A stretch of 64,000 bases of DNA, from contig JBKDBK010000002.1 in assembly GCA_046315175.1 (NCBI GenBank), forward strand, positions 4,388-68,387, in the 5' to 3' direction. The first letter of the stretch is position 1; every line of letters begins with the position of its first letter. Under the pieces are notes generated by a model that saw only the letters and a list, made by a program, of their open reading frames with translations, was not told the DNA's origin and did no database searches. This DNA is from Opitutia bacterium (GTDB lineage: Bacteria; Verrucomicrobiota; Verrucomicrobiia; Opitutales; UBA953). Made by a program: the position numbers and the translations under genes. Below are positions 57,758 through 64,000 of this stretch, piece by piece.

Positions 57758-58213
57758 ATGCGCCACCGCAGCCACCGCAACACCCTCGGGGTCAAGAAGG
57801 AGCACCGCATCTCGCTGGTCGCCAACCTCGCCGCCCAGCTCATCACCCACGCGCGCATCCGCACCACGCTGTCGCGCGCCCGGGCCGTCCGCCCCTTCGT
57901 CGAGAAGATCATCACCCTGGCCAAGAAGGGCGTCGCCGCCGACTCCCCCTCGGTCCGCCTCCACTACTACCGCCTCGCCCTCTCCCGCGTCCGCGACGAG
58001 TCCGCGGTCGCCCTCCTCTTCAAGGAGCGCGCCTCCGGCTTCGCCAACCGCAAGGGCGGCTACACCCGCATCTACAAGCTTGACGCCCGCCGCGGCGACG
58101 CCGCCGAGACCGCCCTGATCGAGCTCGTGGGCAAGGACGACGTCGCCCCCGCCAAGCCCAAGCCCCGCGTCCGCAAGGCCAAGGCGCCCGAGGCCGCCCC
58201 GGCCCAGGCCTAA
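57758..58213 (+). CDS. rplQ: 50S ribosomal protein L17
   Basis: MRHRSHRNTLGVKKEHR..LVANLA..LITHARIRTTL.RA...RPFVEKIIT. Confidence 0.97.
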   Translation: MRHRSHRNTLGVKKEHRISLVANLAAQLITHARIRTTLSRARAVRPFVEKIITLAKKGVAADSPSVRLHYYRLALSRVRDESAVALLFKERASGFANRKGGYTRIYKLDARRGDAAETALIELVGKDDVAPAKPKPRVRKAKAPEAAPAQA

Positions 58214-58282
58214 GCCGCGGAGCCCGCCCGGCCCCACCGGACGCGCCCGCCCGCCGCGGGCGCGCCCGGCGCCGTTTCCCCG

Positions 58283-58516
58283 ATGATCGCCGTTGAGCTC
58301 GGAACCTTCCTCGCCCTCGCCGTGGGCCTGGGCTGCGCCCTGCCGCTCGGGGCCTGGCTCTGGTACGACCGCCGCGAGGCCCTCCTCGCCGACCCCCGCC
58401 GCCTACGCTCCGCCTTCGCCTGCGGCCGCTGCGGGCGCACCTACTCCCGGCCCCGCCTCCGCGAGGAGGCCCCCTGCCCGGGCTGCGGGGCGAACAATGT
58501 TCGCCTCCGCTTCTGA
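58283..58516 (+). CDS. hypothetical small membrane-anchored zinc-ribbon protein
   Basis: 77 aa. N-terminal TM helix (LGTFLALAVGLGCALPLGAWLW), then CGRCG...CPGCG (two CxxC pairs). GC3-rich codons. Confidence 0.5.
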   Translation: MIAVELGTFLALAVGLGCALPLGAWLWYDRREALLADPRRLRSAFACGRCGRTYSRPRLREEAPCPGCGANNVRLRF

Positions 58517-58540
58517 AGCCCCCCATCCTCCCCCCTCCCC

Positions 58541-60091
58541 ATGGCCAACCAGACCATCGCCGTCCTCGATTTCGGGTCCCAGTACACCCAGGTCATCGCC
58601 CGGCGCATCCGCGAGTGCCGCGTCCACTCCCGCATCTATCCCTTCGGCGTCGACGCCGCCACCCTCCGCGCCGACGGCGTCCGCGGCGTCATCCTCTCCG
58701 GCGGTCCCGCCAGCGTCCGCGCCAAGGGCTCGCCCCGCCCCGATCCTGCCGTCTTCGACCTCGGCGTGCCCGTCCTCGGCATCTGCTACGGCGTCCAGCT
58801 GATGGGCGAGATGCTCGGCGGCAAGGTCGCCCCCTCCGCCCACCGCGAGTACGGGCACGGCACCCTCCGCTTCCGCGCCGGCTCCGACCTCCTCCACGGC
58901 CTTCGCGGCCCCCTCCGCGTCTGGAACTCCCACGGCGACAAGGTCGCGCGGCTCCCCCGGGGCTTCCGCGCCGTCGCCAGCACCGAGAACTCGGAGCACG
59001 CCGTCGTGCAGGACTCCGCCCGGCGCTTCTACGGCATCCAGTTCCACCCCGAGGTCGCCCACTCCGAGCGCGGGATGGACATCCTCCGCAACTTCCTCTT
59101 CCGCATCTGCCGCTGCCGCCCCGACTGGGTGATGGAGGACTACGCCGGCGCCGCCATCCGCCAGATCCGCGCCCAGGTCGGGAAGTCCCACGTCATCCTC
59201 GGCCTTTCCGGCGGGGTCGACTCCTCCGTCGCCGCCGCCCTCATCCAGAAGGCGATCGGCCGCCAGCTGACCTGCGTCTTCGTCGACAACGGCCTGCTCC
59301 GCCTCGGCGAGCGCCAGCAGGTCGAGCGCATGTTCCGCGGCCGCTTCAAGGTCGACCTCCGCGTGGTCGACGCCTCCGACCGCTTCCTGCGCAAGCTCCG
59401 CGGCGTCACCGACCCCGAGCGCAAGCGGAAGATCATCGGCCACGAGTTCATCCGCGTGTTCGACGCCGAGGTCGCCAAGATCCGCCGCCGCGGCAAGGTC
59501 GAGTTCCTCGCCCAGGGCACCCTCTACCCCGACATCATCGAGTCCGTCGCCATCGACGGCAACCCCGCCGCCACCATCAAGAGCCACCACAACGTCGGCG
59601 GCCTCCCCAAGCGCATGAAGCTCCGCCTCCTCGAGCCCCTGCGCGAGCTCTTCAAGGACGAGGTCCGCGCTCTCGGCGAGGCCCTCGGCCTCCCCAAGCC
59701 CATGGTCTGGCGCCACCCCTTCCCCGGCCCCGGCCTCGCCGTCCGCGTCTGCGGCGAGATCACGCGCGAGCGCCTCGACATCCTCCGCCAGGCCGACGCC
59801 ATCTTCATCGACGAGCTCCGCGCCTCCGGCCTCTACGACAAGGTCTGGCAGGCCTTCGCCGTCTTCCTTCCCGTCCGCACCGTCGGCGTGATGGGCGATG
59901 AGCGCACCTACGACCACGTCTGCGCCCTCCGCGCCGTCACCTCGTCCGACGCCATGACGGCCGACTGGGCCCACCTTCCCCACGACTTCCTCCGCAAGGT
60001 CTCGTCCCGCGTCATCAACGAGGTCAAGGGCTTCAACCGCGTCGTCTACGACATCTCCTCCAAGCCGCCCTCCACCATCGAGTGGGAGTGA
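58541..60091 (+). CDS. guaA: glutamine-hydrolysing GMP synthase
   Basis: GATase domain ([20 protein letters not shown]), PP-loop SGGVDSSV, and C-terminal ...KPPSTIEWE. Confidence 0.98.
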   Translation: MANQTIAVLDFGSQYTQVIARRIRECRVHSRIYPFGVDAATLRADGVRGVILSGGPASVRAKGSPRPDPAVFDLGVPVLGICYGVQLMGEMLGGKVAPSAHREYGHGTLRFRAGSDLLHGLRGPLRVWNSHGDKVARLPRGFRAVASTENSEHAVVQDSARRFYGIQFHPEVAHSERGMDILRNFLFRICRCRPDWVMEDYAGAAIRQIRAQVGKSHVILGLSGGVDSSVAAALIQKAIGRQLTCVFVDNGLLRLGERQQVERMFRGRFKVDLRVVDASDRFLRKLRGVTDPERKRKIIGHEFIRVFDAEVAKIRRRGKVEFLAQGTLYPDIIESVAIDGNPAATIKSHHNVGGLPKRMKLRLLEPLRELFKDEVRALGEALGLPKPMVWRHPFPGPGLAVRVCGEITRERLDILRQADAIFIDELRASGLYDKVWQAFAVFLPVRTVGVMGDERTYDHVCALRAVTSSDAMTADWAHLPHDFLRKVSSRVINEVKGFNRVVYDISSKPPSTIEWE

Positions 60092-60101
60092 GCCGGGGCC
60101 G

Positions 60102-61631
60102 TTGACACCCGCCCCCGCCCTCGCCACCCTCCGGCCAGTGCCCGAACCCGCCTTCCAGGTCATCGCCCGCCGCTGGCGCCCCCGCGCCTTCGGCGAGATC
60201 GTCGGCCAGCAGCACATCGTCCGCACCCTCGGCAACGCCATCCGCGGCGGCCGCATCGCCCACGCCTACCTCTTCGTCGGCCCCCGCGGCACCGGCAAGA
60301 CCACCACCGCCCGCATCCTCGCCAAGGCCCTCTGCTGCGAGGGCGGCCCCAAGGCCGACTTCGACCCCGACGACCCCGTCTGCCGCGAGATCGAGCAGGG
60401 CTCGTACCTCGACGTCGTCGAGATCGACGCCGCCTCCAACCGCGGCATCGACGACGCCAAGTCCATCCGCGAGGCCTGCCAGGTCCGCCCCGCCGGACGG
60501 TTCAAGGTCTTCATCATCGACGAGGTCCACCAGCTCAGCAAGGACGCCTTCAACGCCCTCCTCAAGACCATCGAGGAGCCCCCGCCCTGGGTGAAGTTCA
60601 TCTTCGCCACCACCGAGTCCGACAAGGTCCTCGAGACCATCGTCTCCCGCTGCCAGCGCCTCGAGTTCCAGCCCATCCCCGACGCGCTCATCGCCGACCG
60701 CCTCGAGGCCATCGTCAAGGCCGACGGCATCCAGGCCGACCGCGAGGCCCTCCTCGCCATCGCCCGCCTCGCCCAGGGCGGCATGCGCGACTCCCAGTCC
60801 ATCCTCGACCAGATCATCGCCTTCGCCGGCAAGAAGGTCGCCGAGAAGGACGTGCTCGACATCTACGGCCTCGCCTCCGCCCGCGAGCTCCAGGACCTCG
60901 CCGCCGCCCTCGCCAAGGCCGACGCGTCCGCCCTCCTCGCCCTCGCCGACCGCTTCCACGCCGACGGTCGCGACCTCCTCCGCATCCACGCCGACCTCCA
61001 GTCACACGTCCGAGCCGCCATGCTCGACGCCGCCCGCTCCGGCGGCCGCAGCGCCCGGCTCGGCGCCGAGCTCGGTTCCGACACCCTCGTGCGCATGCTC
61101 GACACGCTCCAGCAGGCCGAGCCCTCCCTCCGCCATGGACTCTCCCCGCGCGCCGTCTTCGAGGTCACCCTCCTCAAGGCCGCCGAGCAGACCCGACACC
61201 GATCGGTCGACGCGCTCATCCGCGACCTCAGCGCCGCCGCCAACGGACTCCCCCGGGAGCCCGGCCAAAAAAAAATAGGCACTCCGCCTCCCGCGGTCGC
61301 CCCCGCCGCGCCAGCCCCCGTCGCATCGGCGGCCCCGGTCGCTTCGGTTGCCCCGGTCCCGCCCGCGCGGCCCGTCGACGACGGCCCGCCCGACGACGTC
61401 CTCGACGTTCCGGAGGCCGCCGCCGATCTCGCTGAGTCTTGGCCCGAGCCCTCGACCGCCGCCGCCCAGGTCCTTCCCGAGGCCGCGCCCGCCCGGCCCG
61501 GCGCCCCGGAGTTCGACCAAGCCCTCGGCGCCATCCCCCCCGGCGTCCGCGCCAAGCTCAAGGAAACCCTCGGCGCGGAGTTCTCCCAGCTGCGCCCCCT
61601 CAAGCCCGGCGCGCTCCGCCGCCCGCGCTGA
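60102..61631 (+). CDS. dnaX: DNA polymerase III subunits gamma/tau
   Basis: AAA+ clamp-loader core (GQQHIVRTLGNAI..GRIAHAYLFVGPRGTGKTT, FIIDEVHQLS, SRCQRLEF) with a Pro/Ala-rich linker after the A9 tract. Start uncertain (TTG 60102 or GTG 60138). Confidence 0.93.
   Translation: MTPAPALATLRPVPEPAFQVIARRWRPRAFGEIVGQQHIVRTLGNAIRGGRIAHAYLFVGPRGTGKTTTARILAKALCCEGGPKADFDPDDPVCREIEQGSYLDVVEIDAASNRGIDDAKSIREACQVRPAGRFKVFIIDEVHQLSKDAFNALLKTIEEPPPWVKFIFATTESDKVLETIVSRCQRLEFQPIPDALIADRLEAIVKADGIQADREALLAIARLAQGGMRDSQSILDQIIAFAGKKVAEKDVLDIYGLASARELQDLAAALAKADASALLALADRFHADGRDLLRIHADLQSHVRAAMLDAARSGGRSARLGAELGSDTLVRMLDTLQQAEPSLRHGLSPRAVFEVTLLKAAEQTRHRSVDALIRDLSAAANGLPREPGQKKIGTPPPAVAPAAPAPVASAAPVASVAPVPPARPVDDGPPDDVLDVPEAAADLAESWPEPSTAAAQVLPEAAPARPGAPEFDQALGAIPPGVRAKLKETLGAEFSQLRPLKPGALRRPR
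61267..61278 (+). other. A9 homopolymer immediately followed by TAG inside dnaX (candidate recoding / slippage site)
   Basis: ggc caa aaa aaa ata ggc in frame. TAG at 61276-78 is in the +1 frame. The -1 frame runs to TGA 61433-35. Confidence 0.6.
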
Positions 61632-61641
61632 GGCCGAGGCC

Positions 61642-62094
61642 ATGACGCGCATCGGCCTGATCGCGGACACCCACGGGCTCCTGCGCCCGCAGGCCCTCGT
61701 CGCCCTCGAGGGGTGCGACGCCATCCTGCACGCGGGCGATGTCGGCGAGGCCGACCTGCTCGACGCCCTCGGCGACCTCGCCCCGACCCTCGCCGTCGCC
61801 GGCAACTGCGACGACCTTCCCGGCCTCCCCCTCGAGCTCATCCACCTCGCCGCCTCCCGCCGCATTCTCCTCCACCACGGCCACCGCGCCGTCGACGAGG
61901 CCGCCCACCGGCCCGACATCGTCGTCACCGGCCACACCCACCAACCCCTCGTCCGCCGCGACGCCGCCGGCCCCCTCCGCGTCAATCCCGGCTCCGCCGG
62001 CCCCCGCCGCTTCCGCCTCCCCGTCACGGTGGCCATCCTCACCCTCGGTCCGGGCGAGCCCGCCGCCGAGATCATCGAGCTCGACGTCCGATGA
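61642..62094 (+). CDS. YfcE/MJ0936-family metallophosphoesterase
   Basis: IGLIADTHG...HAGD...GNCD...HHGH...GHTH motif series. 150 aa. Confidence 0.85.
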   Translation: MTRIGLIADTHGLLRPQALVALEGCDAILHAGDVGEADLLDALGDLAPTLAVAGNCDDLPGLPLELIHLAASRRILLHHGHRAVDEAAHRPDIVVTGHTHQPLVRRDAAGPLRVNPGSAGPRRFRLPVTVAILTLGPGEPAAEIIELDVR

Positions 62095-64000
62095 GCTCCG
62101 CCCTGCCCATCGAGTCCCTCCGCGAACCCCTGCGCGAAGCCTGCGCCCGCACCCGCCGCATCGTCCTCCGCGCCCCCACCGGCTCCGGCAAGTCCACCCA
62201 GGTGCCCCAGATGCTCGTCGACCTCGGCCTCGTCCAGGGCCAGGTCGTCGTCCTCCAACCCCGCCGCATCGCCGCCCGGCTCCTCGCCGCCCGCATTGCC
62301 GCCGAGCGCGGCGGCCGGCTCGGCGACGAGGTCGGCTACCAGATCCGCTTCGACCGCGTCGAGTCCGCCGCCACCCGCATCAAGTTCGTCACCGAGGGCC
62401 TCCTCCTCCGCCAGATGGCCGCCGACCCCGCCCTGCGCGGCGTCGGCGCCGTCGTCTTCGACGAGTTCCACGAGCGCAACCTCCACGCCGATGTCGCCCT
62501 GGCCCTCGCCCGCCGCCTCCAGGCCACCGAGCGGCCCGACCTCCTCCTCGTGGCCATGTCCGCCACGCTCGACACCGACGCCCTCGCCGCCTGGCTGGGC
62601 GACGCCGTCACCCTCGCCGCCGACGGCCGCACCTATCCCGTCGACATTGAGAACGTCGCCACCCCCCAGGTCGCCGGCCGCTGGCCCTGGGAACCCGCCG
62701 CCGAGCAGGTGCGCCGCCTCCTCCGCGAGGAACCCTCGGGCGACCTCCTCGTCTTCATGCCCGGCGCCCACGAGATCAGCCGCACTCTCGGCCTCCTCCG
62801 CAACGCGCCCGAGTGCCGCGGCGTCGACCTCCTCCCCCTCCACGGCGACCTGCCCGCCGACGAGCAGGACCGCGCCGTCCGCGCCGGCGACACCCGCAAG
62901 GTCGTCGTCGCCACCAACGTCGCCGAGACCTCCCTCACCCTCCCCGGCATCCGCGCCGTCGTCGACGCCGGCCTCGCCCGCGTCGCCCGCTTCGACCCCG
63001 TCCGCGGCATCGACACCCTCCTGACCGAGCCCATATCCCAGGCCTCCGCCGAGCAGCGCGCCGGCCGCGCCGGACGCACCGGCCCCGGCCGCTGCGTCCG
63101 CCTCTGGTCCCGCTCCGAGCACGAGGCCCGCCCCGCCCGCCAGACCCCCGAGATCCGCCGCGTCGACCTCTGCGAGACCCTCCTCCTGCTCCGCGCCGGC
63201 GGCTGGGGCGACGCCGCCGACTTCCCCTGGTTCGAGCCGCCCGAGCCCCGCGCCGTCGAGCGCGCCCGCGCCACCCTCGCCGACCTCGGCGCCCTCGGCC
63301 CCGAGGGCGACATCACCCCCCTCGGCCGTCGCATGGCCGCCTTCCCCGCCCACCCCCGCCTCGCCCGCATGCTCCTCGCCGCCGGCGACCTCGCCTGCGT
63401 CCCCGAGGTCGCCCGCATCGCCGGCCTCGAGCAGGGCAGGGACATCCTCCTGCGCAATGTCGACGCGTCCGTCGAGGCCGCGCGCGACGCCATCCCCTGC
63501 CCCCCGGGTTCCGACTTCCACCTGCGCCTCGCCCTCCTCGCCCGCGCCGCCGACCTCCGCTTCGACCCCGACGCCTGCGACCGCCTCGGCATCCACGCCC
63601 AGGGCGCCCGCGAGGCCGAGCGCGCCGCCCAGCAGTTCCTCCGCATCGCCCGCGCCCAGGGCCTCCCCGCCGACACACCCCCCGCCGACCCCGACGCCCT
63701 CCGCCGCTGCCTCCTCCTCGGCCATTCCGACCGCATCGCCGTCCGCCTCGACGCCGGCACCCTCCGCTGCGCCGTCGCCCACGGCCGCAAGGGCGAGCTG
63801 CGCCGCGAGACCTGCGTGCGCGACGCCCGCCTCCTCGTCGCCGCCGAGATGGAGGAGGTCCAGGTCCGCGGCCAGGTCGTCACCCTCCTCGCTCTCGCCA
63901 CCGCCGTCGACGAGGCCTGGCTCCGCGACCTCTTTCCCGGCGACTTCCACGAGGTCGCCGCGCCCCGCTACGACCCGACCCTCCGCCGCGTCGTCACCCG
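62091..64000 (+). CDS. hrpB: ATP-dependent DEAH-box helicase HrpB (3' end outside window)
   Basis: ATG overlaps the upstream stop (ATGA). Motifs APTGSGKSTQVPQ, DEFHERN, SATL, TNVAETSLT, QRAGRAGR. Frame is open to base 64000 and not in the ORF track because it has no stop. Confidence 0.9.
   Translation, partial: MSSALPIESLREPLREACARTRRIVLRAPTGSGKSTQVPQMLVDLGLVQGQVVVLQPRRIAARLLAARIAAERGGRLGDEVGYQIRFDRVESAATRIKFVTEGLLLRQMAADPALRGVGAVVFDEFHERNLHADVALALARRLQATERPDLLLVAMSATLDTDALAAWLGDAVTLAADGRTYPVDIENVATPQVAGRWPWEPAAEQVRRLLREEPSGDLLVFMPGAHEISRTLGLLRNAPECRGVDLLPLHGDLPADEQDRAVRAGDTRKVVVATNVAETSLTLPGIRAVVDAGLARVARFDPVRGIDTLLTEPISQASAEQRAGRAGRTGPGRCVRLWSRSEHEARPARQTPEIRRVDLCETLLLLRAGGWGDAADFPWFEPPEPRAVERARATLADLGALGPEGDITPLGRRMAAFPAHPRLARMLLAAGDLACVPEVARIAGLEQGRDILLRNVDASVEAARDAIPCPPGSDFHLRLALLARAADLRFDPDACDRLGIHAQGAREAERAAQQFLRIARAQGLPADTPPADPDALRRCLLLGHSDRIAVRLDAGTLRCAVAHGRKGELRRETCVRDARLLVAAEMEEVQVRGQVVTLLALATAVDEAWLRDLFPGDFHEVAAPRYDPTLRRVVT

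Overview
Very GC-rich bacterial chromosomal segment; third codon positions are almost always G/C. About 70 protein genes can be supported. I saw no rRNA, tRNA, CRISPR array, transposase or prophage genes. The gene content (a DUF1501 / PSCyt-DUF1549-DUF1553 pair, DUF1080, Shine-Dalgarno-less leaders) suggests a Verrucomicrobiota/Opitutales-like organism, but this is inference only.

Layout:
- 1-2.5 kb: ECF sigma (partial), anti-sigma, secreted PDZ protein, DUF420.
- 2.5-3.64 kb: non-coding island full of nested repeats, REP-like GTAG hairpins and a purine-rich stretch ending in a terminator-like hairpin.
- 3.6-8.1 kb: ftsB-like gene, argH, LysE, tandem-NIPSNAP lipoprotein, DUF418.
- 8.1-17.5 kb, minus strand: DUF1501, DUF1553, OM beta-barrel, small ORF, metH, rsmG.
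- 17.7-23.6 kb: mixed small genes, including rplU-rpmA and an NtrC-type regulator.
- 23.6-39.8 kb: a long co-directional minus-strand array of dprA, nnr, acpS, pdxJ, transglutaminase-like protein, a 1,854-codon tandem UvrA-UvrA fusion, MTHFS, ctaB, ctaA, sufE and a TPR protein.
- 39.9-58.2 kb: fused str-S10-spc-alpha ribosomal super-operon.
- 58.2-64 kb: small Zn-ribbon protein, guaA, dnaX, a phosphoesterase and hrpB (runs off the window).

Most notable observations:
- The single-chain double UvrA.
- An A9 tract followed directly by TAG inside dnaX, a candidate tau/gamma recoding site.
- A signal-peptide ORF inserted between rpsS and rplV.
- fusA lacks a stop at the expected TGATG junction and reads 262 nt into rpsJ.
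- A REP/REPIN-like family with compensatory stem changes.
- The repeat island with a GGA-dense candidate sRNA.

Limits: start codons were chosen by eye from conserved N-termini and overlaps. No homology searches or computations were run. The many very long ORFs antisense or out of frame to real genes are treated as GC-composition artefacts.
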